From positions 1-57,681 of IMG/VR virus record IMGVR_UViG_3300010403_000007: DNA of 57,681 bases; one strand, 5' to 3'. The DNA is from a virus. Taxonomy: Duplodnaviria; Caudoviricetes. This document shows positions 26,043 to 35,167 of the stretch, one piece after another; position 1 is the stretch's first letter; each line of letters opens with the position of its first letter. Both the position numbers and the translations under genes were made by a program. Under the pieces are notes generated by a model. The model worked only from the letters and a program-made list of their open reading frames with translations. It was not told the origin of the DNA and ran no database searches.

Positions 26043-26709
26043 CGCGCTTGGCTTGGCCCAGGCATTTGACAACCGGACCGTCGGTGAGGGCAACGTCAGG
26101 GCCTGGCATGCCGTCCTGTCGAAGCTGGACGGGGCCGACGTGATGGAGGCCATCCGGCGCCACTACCGGACCGAGTCGGCGTGGATCATGCCCGCGCACG
26201 TCGTCCGCATCGTTGGCGAGATCGACCGGGAGCGGGCGAAGGCCGCCCGGCAGTGGGCGCCCGGCCAGTACGGGATCCCGAAGGACGAGGCGCTTCCGGA
26301 GATCGAGCGCGTCGTCCGCCTGACGGCCGACGACGTGTCGCCCGCTGTCCTGGATCTCCTGTCGCAGCTGCGGGCCGAGCTGCCGGACGTGGACCGGTCG
26401 AAGCTGTTCCCGCGTCAGGCGTACTGGGAGCAGCAGCAGCGGACGTTCGCTCGGCCGGACGCGGCGGCGAACCCGCTCTATCGGTTCACCGCGACCGCCG
26501 ACGCGAAGCGGATCCTGGACGAAGCGGAGCGGGACGAGACGATCAGGCTGGAGGGGCTGGAGACCGCTCTCGCTGAGTGCCGGACGAACGGGCCGCACGA
26601 CTCCGGAATCCACATCGTGACGTGCCCGGTGGCAGTTCATTGCCACTGCAAGGGTCTCGACCTTCCCCACGCTCCCGGTCTGCGCGGGTGCGTTCAGGGA
26701 CCGGCATGA
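26020..26709 (+). CDS. helicase loader/inhibitor-like protein
   Basis: AFDNRTV....AWHAVL.....DVMEAIRRHY...WIMPAHV; follows the initiator. Confidence 0.65.
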   Translation: MNLQEVTNALGLAQAFDNRTVGEGNVRAWHAVLSKLDGADVMEAIRRHYRTESAWIMPAHVVRIVGEIDRERAKAARQWAPGQYGIPKDEALPEIERVVRLTADDVSPAVLDLLSQLRAELPDVDRSKLFPRQAYWEQQQRTFARPDAAANPLYRFTATADAKRILDEAERDETIRLEGLETALAECRTNGPHDSGIHIVTCPVAVHCHCKGLDLPHAPGLRGCVQGPA

Positions 26710-27134
26710 CCGCCATCGGGGAGAACGGGCGCCTCGCGCCCGGCGAAAGCTGGCAGCGGGCCATGGACCACGTCGCGCAGCAGTTCGCGCGAGGGGCCAA
26801 GCGCCGGTACCGGGTGGAGGCACGCCTCGTGGAGCCGGGCTGGTGGGCCTACAACGCGGTGAAGCTCCCGAAGGACCGGCCCGGCCTCGCAGCCACGGAA
26901 CCGCTGCCGATGACCCAGGAACGGCTCGATGATCTCGCCGCGCAGCTGCCCCGGTGCGCGGCGAGGGCCAAGGGGAGTCACGGCGGCGGGTCGAAGGTGG
27001 CGTATCCGCGCGAAAGGCTGGCGCGGCAGGCGGCCGATTTCCTTGGGCAGAGGGCCTACCCGTGCCCGTTGCCTGCCCCGGCGATCGGTGAGCACTGGCA
27101 TACGACGTCGGAGGGCGGGCGGCGGCGGGCTTGA
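26706..27134 (+). CDS. hypothetical protein with C-terminal C2H-type motif
   Basis: RC...KVAY...RAYPCP...HWHTTS. Confidence 0.55.
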   Translation: MTAIGENGRLAPGESWQRAMDHVAQQFARGAKRRYRVEARLVEPGWWAYNAVKLPKDRPGLAATEPLPMTQERLDDLAAQLPRCAARAKGSHGGGSKVAYPRERLARQAADFLGQRAYPCPLPAPAIGEHWHTTSEGGRRRA

Positions 27135-27197
27135 TCGTTGCGCGGCGGCACGATTGGTGTATGCTGGGAGCTGACAGTCAATCACGGAGGTACAGAT

Positions 27198-28184
27198 ATG
27201 ACCGAGCACCCCACCCTTGCCGCCGCGCTCGCCGCGATGCAGGCCCAGCTGCCGAGGATCCGAAAGACCGAGACCGCGAAGGTCACCGGCGACGCGAAGA
27301 ACGGTGGCAAGGTCAGCTACTCGTACGGGTACGCCGGGCTGGACGAGGTCGTCGAGACCGTTCTCCCGGCACTCGGTGAGCACGGCCTGTCCGTCACCGC
27401 GAAGACCGCCATCAGCGAGATCGCCGGGTTCGTGCTGGAGGTCAAGTTGATGCACACGTCCGGCGAGAGCGAGATGGGCGTGTGGATGCTGCCGGACCCC
27501 CGCCGGGCCGGTGCGCAAGAGATCGGTTCGGCCATGACTTACGGCCGCCGGTACCTGACCCTGTCGCTCACCGGGACGTTCCCGGGCGGCGAGGACGACG
27601 ACGGCGCGAAGGCACAGGCCAGTCACGTGCGAGGCGGCATCAGCCCGGAGGAGTTCGAGAACCTCCCCCGCGAGCGGCCCCAGCGCCAGCAGCAGCAGAA
27701 CGCGCCGACCAGCCCCGCCGCGCCGCCCGCGAAGAAGGTGTGGACCGACGACGAGGTGCTGGAGCAGCACGCCAAGCTCGACTCGCTGGAGCTGGACAAG
27801 GCCGGATCCCTGTACGACTGGATGGCCTCCCGCGACCTGCACGTCCGCAAGGTCGGCACCCTGACCGAAGAGGGCGTGGAGCCGGTCAACGCGACCACGC
27901 GCCTCGCGATCCGGCTCGCAACCATCGCGCTCGCCGAGGACACCAGCATCGAAAACCTGTCCTGGATCCGCGAGTTCGCCGACGGCCGGGGCCTGCTGAA
28001 GACGCAGGTGTCCCCGAAGTCGAACCTCGACCAGTGGCTGGCCGAGCAGCGGAAGATCCGCACCGACGTGGAGCTGGCCAAGTCGGAGACGGCACAGGCC
28101 ATGCGGTCGGCGGCGGCCGATAGCTGGGACGACGACAAGCACCCGCAGCCGACGCCCGAGCAGGACGGATCCGATCCGTCGTGA
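27198..28184 (+). CDS. ERF family single-strand annealing protein
   Basis: YGYAGLDEV, LMHTSGE, AQEIGSAMTYGRRY...EDDDG signature. Confidence 0.9.
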   Translation: MTEHPTLAAALAAMQAQLPRIRKTETAKVTGDAKNGGKVSYSYGYAGLDEVVETVLPALGEHGLSVTAKTAISEIAGFVLEVKLMHTSGESEMGVWMLPDPRRAGAQEIGSAMTYGRRYLTLSLTGTFPGGEDDDGAKAQASHVRGGISPEEFENLPRERPQRQQQQNAPTSPAAPPAKKVWTDDEVLEQHAKLDSLELDKAGSLYDWMASRDLHVRKVGTLTEEGVEPVNATTRLAIRLATIALAEDTSIENLSWIREFADGRGLLKTQVSPKSNLDQWLAEQRKIRTDVELAKSETAQAMRSAAADSWDDDKHPQPTPEQDGSDPS

Positions 28185-28414
28185 AGATCATCAAGGATAA
28201 GGACCTGAAGGACGTGATCGGGCTGTACGTCAGCAGCGGTCTCACCCTGATCAGGGACAAGAACCATCAGGTGTGGCGATGCCCGTGCGGCCACACACAG
28301 GTCGTCCTCAGGTGCTCCCCGTCCGGGGGGCGAGGCGACAAGAACGCCAAGGCACAGCTGAAGCGCACCCTGCGGGAGTGCGCCGAACGCAAGCAGGAGG
28401 AGAAGGCGGCATGA
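28181..28414 (+). CDS. small protein, HicA-like fold possible
   Basis: KNHQVWRCPCGH..V...SPS..RG.KN. Confidence 0.5.
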   Translation: MKIIKDKDLKDVIGLYVSSGLTLIRDKNHQVWRCPCGHTQVVLRCSPSGGRGDKNAKAQLKRTLRECAERKQEEKAA

Positions 28415-28998
28415 CTGAACAGACGACGGGCGGCGCCATCACCGGCGCCGCCCCGGCGGCCGGGATGACGAACGCGGAGAAGCTCGTCGCTCTCCAGACG
28501 TACAACAAGGCGCTCAAGCCGATGGAGGAGCACCTCCGGGCCGCCACCCTCACCGACATGCAGGACGCCCGCGCGGAACGGGTCGGCGCGTACCTGCCCG
28601 GGGGCGAGAAGATCGGCACGGTCGGCGTCAACGCCGGGCGCAAAACCGCCCGGGTCACCGACGCCCGCGCCGCCCTCCTGTGGGCGATGAACAAGTACCC
28701 GGACGAGATCACTCGCATCGTCAACCCGGCGTTCCTGAAGGCGCTCACGGACTATGCCGCCCTGTTCGCCGAGGCCGGGGAGCCGGGTGTCGACCCGAAG
28801 GACGGCGAGTTGCTGGACTTCATCCAGGTGCAGCAGGGCGCCCCGTACGTGACGGTGACGACGACCAAGGAAGGCGTCGCGCACATGACCAAGCTCGCGC
28901 ACGGCTTCGCCGGGATGCTGGAGACCCCGGCCAAGCGGACCCCCGCGTACGACTCCGACTTCGCGGACCGGCTGGAGAACGGGGCGTACGGGCAGTGA
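28411..28998 (+). CDS. hypothetical protein
   Basis: RBS and ATGA coupling. Confidence 0.65.
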   Translation: MTEQTTGGAITGAAPAAGMTNAEKLVALQTYNKALKPMEEHLRAATLTDMQDARAERVGAYLPGGEKIGTVGVNAGRKTARVTDARAALLWAMNKYPDEITRIVNPAFLKALTDYAALFAEAGEPGVDPKDGELLDFIQVQQGAPYVTVTTTKEGVAHMTKLAHGFAGMLETPAKRTPAYDSDFADRLENGAYGQ

Positions 28999-29453
28999 GG
29001 CAGCAGCAGTCCGAGGTCGTCGTGAAGGTCATCGCCGAGATGTCCGACGAGCTGCGGGTGGTCTTGGAGGACATCCGGGCACGCCTGATCAAGACTGCCG
29101 GATCGCCCACGCTCCAGCCCGTGCCGCTCTGGCGGGGGCCGATCCGCGAGGACAGGCCCGCGCGGCCCGCTGAGGCGGCCGTGAAGGCGTCCATGCCGGA
29201 AGCCGTAGCACTGGGGCAGCGTCAGGCCCTCGCGGCGTTCCTGGGCGTCCTGGATGGCCACATCGAGGGCACCTGGGACAACCACGTGGCGTTGGACCAC
29301 CGCAACGAGGGGCGCGGCGAGGAGTGCTGGACCCGCTTCCACCCGGCCGACATCCGGAACATGGTCAACGACGCCGCCCGCGCAGTCGGCATCCCCGAAT
29401 TCGTGAAACCCAAATGGCCGCGTGAGGACAACCCGGGCGGGATTCCCGAATGA
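28995..29453 (+). CDS. hypothetical protein
   Basis: GTGA-coupled ORF. Confidence 0.5.
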   Translation: MRQQQSEVVVKVIAEMSDELRVVLEDIRARLIKTAGSPTLQPVPLWRGPIREDRPARPAEAAVKASMPEAVALGQRQALAAFLGVLDGHIEGTWDNHVALDHRNEGRGEECWTRFHPADIRNMVNDAARAVGIPEFVKPKWPREDNPGGIPE

Positions 29454-29752
29454 AGCCGCAGCGCAAGATCCTTCGCTGGGATGAGCCGCCGAACACGTAC
29501 GTGCCCGTCGCCCGCAAGCAGGCCGGATCGCAGTGGGACGCGGTCGCGGCCACCCTGCGGGCCGAACCCGGACGGTCGGCCGTCATCTACGAAGGATCCC
29601 GGTCGGCGGCCACCGGCATCGCGTCGGTCGTCAACGACGGCCGGACCAAATGCTTCACCCCCGCCGGGTCGTTCCGTGCAACCCTGCGGACCGTGCCCGG
29701 AACCAAGACCGTAGAGGTCTACGCGAAACACGTTGGAGGAGAAGAAACATGA
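29450..29752 (+). CDS. hypothetical protein
   Basis: WDEPP...VAATLRAEPG, coupled ORF. Confidence 0.6.
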   Translation: MKPQRKILRWDEPPNTYVPVARKQAGSQWDAVAATLRAEPGRSAVIYEGSRSAATGIASVVNDGRTKCFTPAGSFRATLRTVPGTKTVEVYAKHVGGEET

Positions 29753-30225
29753 ACAAGACTCGCGCCGCCGCGACCATCGCCACCCTGGCCGCATCCATCG
29801 GTCTCGCCGGGGCCATCGCCTGTGGCAGCGGCGGCGGCGACACCGGCGTTCCGTACGCCACCAGCAGCACGACCCAGCCCGCCGCCTCGGCGTCGGCCGC
29901 CCCGGCCGCCAAGAAGGCCACCACGAAGCCGGTCAGCGTGGAGCAGGCCAACGCGGCCAAGTCCGCCGAAAGCTACCTCAGCGGCAACTCGTCGTTCTCC
30001 CGCAAGGGCCTCATCGGGCAGCTGAAGTACGAAGGGTTCTCGGTCAAGGCCGCCACGGCCGCCGTCGACTCGCTGCACGTCGACTGGAACGAGCAGGCCG
30101 CGCTCTCCGCGCAGAGCTACCTGGACATGGGCGGCTTCTCCCGCAAGTCGCTCATCGGGCAGCTGAAGTACGAGGGCTTCACCCAGTCGCAGGCGGAATA
30201 CGGGGTCAAGAAAGCCGGGCTGTGA
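29749..30225 (+). CDS. Ltp-family lipoprotein (superinfection exclusion)
   Basis: Lipobox AIAC; two tandem A..SA.SYL...FSRK.LI.QLKYEGF repeats. Confidence 0.85.
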   Translation: MNKTRAAATIATLAASIGLAGAIACGSGGGDTGVPYATSSTTQPAASASAAPAAKKATTKPVSVEQANAAKSAESYLSGNSSFSRKGLIGQLKYEGFSVKAATAAVDSLHVDWNEQAALSAQSYLDMGGFSRKSLIGQLKYEGFTQSQAEYGVKKAGL

Positions 30226-30479
30226 TCGCCCGGTCGCGGCGGCACCGGTTCGGTCGGCGGCGCGTCGGCGTGGTGCTTCGGCCCCGCCGGACCGCCGTCG
30301 ACCGGACCGGCCCGGTCCACGTCACGCTGACCCTGTCGTACGGCATCCGGCCCATGCCGCAATCGTTTTTGATCATGCCCGGGGATAGTCAGCTCGCGCT
30401 CATCCCCGCCGTCCACGAGACCGCCAACGGCCGTGAGGTCGTATCCGTTCCCGTCGTCATCAACGTCCGCGTAGCCTGA
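30222..30479 (+). CDS. hypothetical protein
   Basis: GTGA-coupled ORF. Confidence 0.4.
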   Translation: MIARSRRHRFGRRRVGVVLRPRRTAVDRTGPVHVTLTLSYGIRPMPQSFLIMPGDSQLALIPAVHETANGREVVSVPVVINVRVA

Positions 30480-30483
30480 TCGC

Positions 30484-30768
30484 ATGAAGCTCGCCGCCCT
30501 CGCCGCCGACCTCGGGTACGCCCTGCGGGCCGCCGTCACACCGAAAGGCGCGGCAGGGGCCGGGAAGCTGGACGCGTACTGGACCGAAGGCGAAGGCGCC
30601 GCAAAGATCCGGTGGGCCGAACCGTGCGCGTTCTGCCGCTGCAAGACGCACCTCGGGAAGTACATCCACGGCAACAGGCTGGACGGGCACTGCGCGAACC
30701 TGGAGAAACGGGCCACCGGCCACTGGCCGAACCCGGAACACTCCCGCACGAAGCACTGCCCCTGCTGA
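30484..30768 (+). CDS. small Cys/His-rich protein (YW..G.GAAKIRW domain)
   Basis: LDAYWTEGEGAAKIRW...RC..HLGKY...GHCANL..RATGHWP. Confidence 0.65.
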   Translation: MKLAALAADLGYALRAAVTPKGAAGAGKLDAYWTEGEGAAKIRWAEPCAFCRCKTHLGKYIHGNRLDGHCANLEKRATGHWPNPEHSRTKHCPC

Positions 30769-30777
30769 GATGAAAAC

Positions 30778-30813
30778 GAGCCCCGCCGGGCTGACACACC
30801 CGGCGGGGCTTTT
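30778..30813 (+). terminator. intrinsic terminator
   Basis: GAGCCCCGCCGGG-N8-CCCGGCGGGGCTT followed by T tract. Confidence 0.75.
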
Positions 30814-30857
30814 CCTTGCCCGGCGGTGTATGCTGTGAGCAGACAGAGGGAGGAAAC

Positions 30858-31046
30858 GTGACCTACACGACCCAGGGCCTGATGAGCCCCGCCGACATGG
30901 CCGACCACCACGCCCTGCACGACACCGGCATCTATCCCAGCTGCCCCGGCCACTACGAAGAACCGGGCCCGCTGGCCTACTGCTCGGTGGCCGACGACTG
31001 CCCCGGCGACGATGAGCCCGACAGCTACGACGTGGAGGTCGCGTGA
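30858..31046 (+). CDS. hypothetical protein
   Basis: GGAGG RBS, TATGCT -10 upstream. Confidence 0.55.
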   Translation: MTYTTQGLMSPADMADHHALHDTGIYPSCPGHYEEPGPLAYCSVADDCPGDDEPDSYDVEVA

Positions 31047-31447
31047 CCTTCGAAGCGGCCAAGGCCCTAGCTCAAGCCCGCTCAAACGGCTTCTGTGAGG
31101 GCTGCGGCTTTTCCGGACCCCTGGACCCGCACCACCGCATGACCCGTGGCTCCGGGGGCGTACACGGCGCGGCGGCGGCCGATTCCAACAACGTGCGCAA
31201 CCTGCTGATGCTGTGCCGGGTCTGCCACGACTACACGCTCTCTGACGCCGGGGCGTGCATCGCCATCGGCTGGGTGGTCGAGCGCCGATCCGGAATCGAC
31301 CCACGTGAGGTCCCCGCCCGGATCTACACCATCAACGGCCGGGGATGGTGGGTTCTCACCGAGGATGCCGGATACCAGTGGGATGACGTGGCCAACGCAG
31401 ACCCCTGGTTCGAGCTGAAGTACAAGATCGAAAACGAGGAGGCTTAA
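31043..31447 (+). CDS. HNH endonuclease
   Basis: CEGC...HHR...NLLMLCRVCH. Confidence 0.85.
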   Translation: MTFEAAKALAQARSNGFCEGCGFSGPLDPHHRMTRGSGGVHGAAAADSNNVRNLLMLCRVCHDYTLSDAGACIAIGWVVERRSGIDPREVPARIYTINGRGWWVLTEDAGYQWDDVANADPWFELKYKIENEEA

Positions 31448-31794
31448 GGCCCGAGCAGCGAGTAGGCCGCGATCTTGACCTGAGCTGAGTCGGCATTCAG
31501 CAGCAGCTGAGGACCGTAGAAGTGGATCGGGAACGGGCCGACGATCTGCACACCGGACGCCGCCACCGGAACCGTGAAGGGGCGTGGACCAGCCGTCAGG
31601 CCGTCCACGCCCCTTTCGACTTGAACCGTCAACTGATGGGTAGCCGCATCGCCGGAAACGACCGCGAGGAACGTGAAGCCGTCGTTCGTGACCGCGTTCC
31701 CGTTCGTCACATCCCCGGCCGTCGTCGGCGTCGGGAACGGCACCAGCGCCGTCCGGCCGACAACCGTCGAAGCGATCAAGGTGCGTCCGGCCAT
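31444..31794 (-). CDS. hypothetical, possibly structural beta-rich protein
   Basis: GN...NDG.TFL.V...V.GPFP pattern. Confidence 0.6.
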   Translation of the reverse strand: MAGRTLIASTVVGRTALVPFPTPTTAGDVTNGNAVTNDGFTFLAVVSGDAATHQLTVQVERGVDGLTAGPRPFTVPVAASGVQIVGPFPIHFYGPQLLLNADSAQVKIAAYSLLGP

Positions 31795-31839
31795 CAGGAC
31801 CCCGTTTCAGGTAGCAGCAGCAGCGGGTATCAGGATGCC

Positions 31840-32001
31840 ATGTTTGCCCTGATCGCAGCGATCATCTGGTTCCTGGCCGCCTTCGGCGTGCACCTCGGCG
31901 GCATCAACATGCTTCTGTTCGGCCTCGGGTTCTTCGGCCTGCACTTCGCGTTCACGTGGGGGCTGCCGGTCGCCGCTCCGTGGGCGAACCGGCAGCCCTG
32001 A
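31840..32001 (+). CDS. small membrane protein
   Basis: Two TM segments. Confidence 0.55.
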   Translation: MFALIAAIIWFLAAFGVHLGGINMLLFGLGFFGLHFAFTWGLPVAAPWANRQP

Positions 32002-32005
32002 TCCG

Positions 32006-32251
32006 TCAGTACCTTGACGGGGTGAGCGGCACCAGGGGGCGCCCCTCGTTGTCCTTCGGGTTCGCGACCGGCGTCACCTGCGTCTTCGCGATCGCCGTCA
32101 GCAGCACCTGCAGCAGGGCCGCCGCCACGTTCACGTACTGCGCGGCCCGGCCGGTCAGGGTGCCGCTCGTGTTCAGGTAGACGAGCACGGCCAGGACCGT
32201 CGTGCCCCAGGTGATGATGCTGGCCAGCGGATACCGCTTGAAGAAGGGCAT
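32006..32251 (-). CDS. holin-like membrane protein
   Basis: Two TM helices, QVTPV motif, downstream of the endolysin. Confidence 0.65.
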   Translation of the reverse strand: MPFFKRYPLASIITWGTTVLAVLVYLNTSGTLTGRAAQYVNVAAALLQVLLTAIAKTQVTPVANPKDNEGRPLVPLTPSRY

Positions 32252-32252
32252 G

Positions 32253-33035
32253 TCAGCTCCCCGCGAGGATCTGGCCGACGGCCTTGGCGCGGTCACCGAG
32301 GGCGGCCCGCAGCGCGGCTGCGACCTGCGCGGCCGGAGTGTTCGGGTCGGACAGCGAGTTGACCCACTTCTCGATGACGGACAGCCGCGCGTCGACCGTC
32401 ACGTACCGATCGTTCGCGGCCGACGCCTTGTCGTCGCCCCGGGCTGCGAAGATGACCGCGAGCTGGAGCAGGGTGGCGGCGGCCAGCTTGTCGCCCGCCT
32501 TCCTGCCGATCTCCTTGGCCGTGTCGGCCGTGAGCGTGATCATGTCGGAATCGAGTGCCATGTCGTCGTCTCCTCCCAGCAGCCCCCACGGGCTGGTGTC
32601 GGACTCCTGTGCCGTCGTGTACCGGGCGCTGAAGTGGGCGTGGTTGGTGTGCGGGTCGGCAGTTCCGGTGTAGGTCCGCCACCGCCAGTTGTCGATGTCG
32701 CGGTTGGCGATCTTCCGGTTCCAGATGACGTACTGGAGCCGGTCGTCCCGGCCGTCCTTGTGCCGGGCCACGATCCCCTTGATCGCGGCGTCGAACCATG
32801 CCGGGCCGCCGGGCCACGGGCCCGCGCTGTCGATGTCGAGGGCGTGGACCTCGTTCTTGCTGTCGGCGTCGCGTCCGCGAAGGACGTTCGAGTCCTCGTC
32901 GGGCGTGTGGTCCGACGAGGACGTGTGTGCGCCGTCACCGATCGCGCCGTCCGCGCCCTTGCGGCGGCCAGGCGCAACGATGTTGAACTCGGTACGCAGT
33001 CCCACCAGGCATGGAACCAGGATCCAGTCACTCAC
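32253..33035 (-). CDS. endolysin (Zn-peptidase type)
   Basis: DGAIGD.AH..SDHTP, HALDID, YVIWNRKI, W..YTG..PH..HAHFS. Confidence 0.8.
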   Translation of the reverse strand: MSDWILVPCLVGLRTEFNIVAPGRRKGADGAIGDGAHTSSSDHTPDEDSNVLRGRDADSKNEVHALDIDSAGPWPGGPAWFDAAIKGIVARHKDGRDDRLQYVIWNRKIANRDIDNWRWRTYTGTADPHTNHAHFSARYTTAQESDTSPWGLLGGDDDMALDSDMITLTADTAKEIGRKAGDKLAAATLLQLAVIFAARGDDKASAANDRYVTVDARLSVIEKWVNSLSDPNTPAAQVAAALRAALGDRAKAVGQILAGS

Positions 33036-33379
33036 GTGGCGTTCTCCTCCCTGTCTGCTGCAACCATACGCTCGGCGGCGTTCTGATCCCGGCGGCCCTT
33101 CAGCTGAAGATCGAAAACGAGCCAGCTGCGCCACGCCAAGACGATCGGGAAGCCGACCGCGAACGTCAGCGTCCGAGTCCACACGAACCACGGCGGGTCG
33201 AACAGGTGCGCGACCGACCACATGTCCAGCACCCATGCGATGACGAGCATGTACCAGAAGACGTGCCAGCCGCCCCGGGACGCCCAGAAGCGGGCCATCA
33301 GGGCGAAGCCCAGGAATCCGATCGTGGCGATCACGGCGGAGAGGTAGAGGCCGAACGTGCCGACTTCCTGTGGCGTCAT
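33032..33379 (-). CDS. membrane protein (putative holin)
   Basis: Three TM helices, in the lysis cassette. Confidence 0.6.
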   Translation of the reverse strand: MTPQEVGTFGLYLSAVIATIGFLGFALMARFWASRGGWHVFWYMLVIAWVLDMWSVAHLFDPPWFVWTRTLTFAVGFPIVLAWRSWLVFDLQLKGRRDQNAAERMVAADREENAT

Positions 33380-33588
33380 TTGTTTCCTCGCAGAATGCTG
33401 TCGATCATCGGGCCGAAGTGGTTCTCACTCCGCAGCTTCTGGAGCCTTTCGGCCGCTGCATCTACGCGAGGGGTCAACGCCTCCACCCTGCGGTTCTGTT
33501 CCTGCGCGCGGTCGCGGATGGCTTCGGCCGCCGTCACCGCATCACTTGAACGTTCAACTGCGCGACGCCATGGCCGCCACCACGTCAT
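33376..33588 (-). CDS. small lysis-cassette protein
   Basis: WWRPW...ENHFGP motif common in actinophage lysis cassettes. Confidence 0.6.
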   Translation of the reverse strand: MTWWRPWRRAVERSSDAVTAAEAIRDRAQEQNRRVEALTPRVDAAAERLQKLRSENHFGPMIDSILRGNK

Positions 33589-33890
33589 GACCCGCCCCGA
33601 TTCCGGGCCCGCGACGCGCTGTCCCGCAGCGCCTGAAGCACCCGTTCCTGATTCTCCGCCAGCACCATCAGCTTCCCTAGCATGTCCACCATCGCTTCGA
33701 GGGACCTAGTATTGGCTTCGGTGCCCGCTTCGGATACCTCGGCACGCTTTTCTTCGCTTTCTCGCAATTGATCCGCAACCGTGCGCGGCACGAGGTTGCC
33801 TCGCAGCACGTTGTAGAAAACCGCGAGGACAGCTGCAAGCAGCAGGCCGATCAGAACCCAAGGCAGATTGTCTGCGTTGACTTGTATCAT
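33585..33890 (-). CDS. membrane protein of the lysis cassette
   Basis: TM helix plus GNLVPR and coiled coil. Confidence 0.6.
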   Translation of the reverse strand: MIQVNADNLPWVLIGLLLAAVLAVFYNVLRGNLVPRTVADQLRESEEKRAEVSEAGTEANTRSLEAMVDMLGKLMVLAENQERVLQALRDSASRARNRGGS

Positions 33891-33947
33891 TTCGCCCCGT
33901 TCTTTTAACCCCTTACTGGCAGCATCCTTTCATAAGCATCTAAGTGA

Positions 33948-34574
33948 TCAGGGAACAGACGGAAGCGCGACCATCATCAATGAGATCGACGGCGGGATCA
34001 CCGTGTTCGTGTTGAACGGGCCAGCCGGAGAGCCCGTCCACAACTCCTTAAGCTCCAGGAAATCACCCGCGCTGAGGCGCCACATCGACAAGACCTGATT
34101 CCATACCTGGCCCTGCTGCGCGGGCAGCGGCTGATACTTCGACGACTGCACGCCCGGCGCCGCTGACGCCCCGTTGAGTGCGACCGTCACCTGCAACGTC
34201 GCCGGGGTGCTGAACGGCGAGGTGGCGTTGATACTGCCTACCCCGTTGGCCAGCACCACACACGCAACCGGGGCGGTCAGACGTGTCGGCGCTGACGCGT
34301 TCCACCATGCCCCGTTGGACAGCGGGCTGTTCGGGCCGTTGTCCGTGAAGATCGTGTCGAACGTGATGGTGGTCAGTGTCGCCTTGGTGACGCTCTGCAC
34401 GGCCGCGCGGCGGGCGATCACCGACGAGAAGCGCGAGAAGTCGGCGGCCAGGTTCGCGGTCTGTACGAACGCCTGGTCGATGTCGGACCCCATCGACTGC
34501 ACGTCGGCCGGGTTCACGACGTCGGACGCCCACGGGTAGCGGATCCGCTGGAAGGGGGTCAGTCGCATCCCCAT
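33948..34574 (-). CDS. minor tail protein
   Basis: IRYPWASD N-terminus, C1q/TNF-like LSAGDFLEL; tail region. Confidence 0.6.
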   Translation of the reverse strand: MGMRLTPFQRIRYPWASDVVNPADVQSMGSDIDQAFVQTANLAADFSRFSSVIARRAAVQSVTKATLTTITFDTIFTDNGPNSPLSNGAWWNASAPTRLTAPVACVVLANGVGSINATSPFSTPATLQVTVALNGASAAPGVQSSKYQPLPAQQGQVWNQVLSMWRLSAGDFLELKELWTGSPAGPFNTNTVIPPSISLMMVALPSVP

Positions 34575-35167
34575 CAGATCACCGGCCCGAGATACATGCC
34601 CCACAGGCGGGAGCCGGACGCGATGTTTTTCGCGGTGGCCCCGGCGACCCTCATCGAAACGTTCACGCTGGAACGGTAGACGGAGGCCATCGCGTACACG
34701 TTGAGGGCTTCGCCGCTGGTGTTGCTGTCGTCGTTGCGCTGCCAGAAGACGGTGTCGGTGTAGACGCCGGTCACCGGGTCGGCCGACGAGGTCGTCAGCT
34801 CCGCGATGATCATGTCGTTGACGGTGGGGGTGGCCGCTTCGGCGACGAGGAGGTCGGCGCCGAACAGCCACCAGGAGGGTCCCTGCGCGTTCGGCTGGAT
34901 CCAGGAGATCGCCCCGGCCGTCAGCCCGCCGGTGTTGTCCCACTCCACGGCGTCGTTCGTCAGGTACGCGGTGCCGTTGGTGACGTTGCTGCCCGCCGAC
35001 GTCGACCGCCCGATGAAGCTCGGCCTGCCCAGGAAGGCGCGCAGCGGGGCCTGCCCGGCGCGCAGATCCGTGTCGATCGCCGTGGCCAGGCGGAACGTGT
35101 CCTGCACGTCCAGGAAGTCGGATGTGAGTGGGTACGGATATCCCTGAGTGGTGGTCGTCCCCGTCAT
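34574..35167 (-). CDS. minor tail protein
   Basis: GYPYP...RLATAID N-terminus. Confidence 0.6.
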   Translation of the reverse strand: MTGTTTTQGYPYPLTSDFLDVQDTFRLATAIDTDLRAGQAPLRAFLGRPSFIGRSTSAGSNVTNGTAYLTNDAVEWDNTGGLTAGAISWIQPNAQGPSWWLFGADLLVAEAATPTVNDMIIAELTTSSADPVTGVYTDTVFWQRNDDSNTSGEALNVYAMASVYRSSVNVSMRVAGATAKNIASGSRLWGMYLGPVI

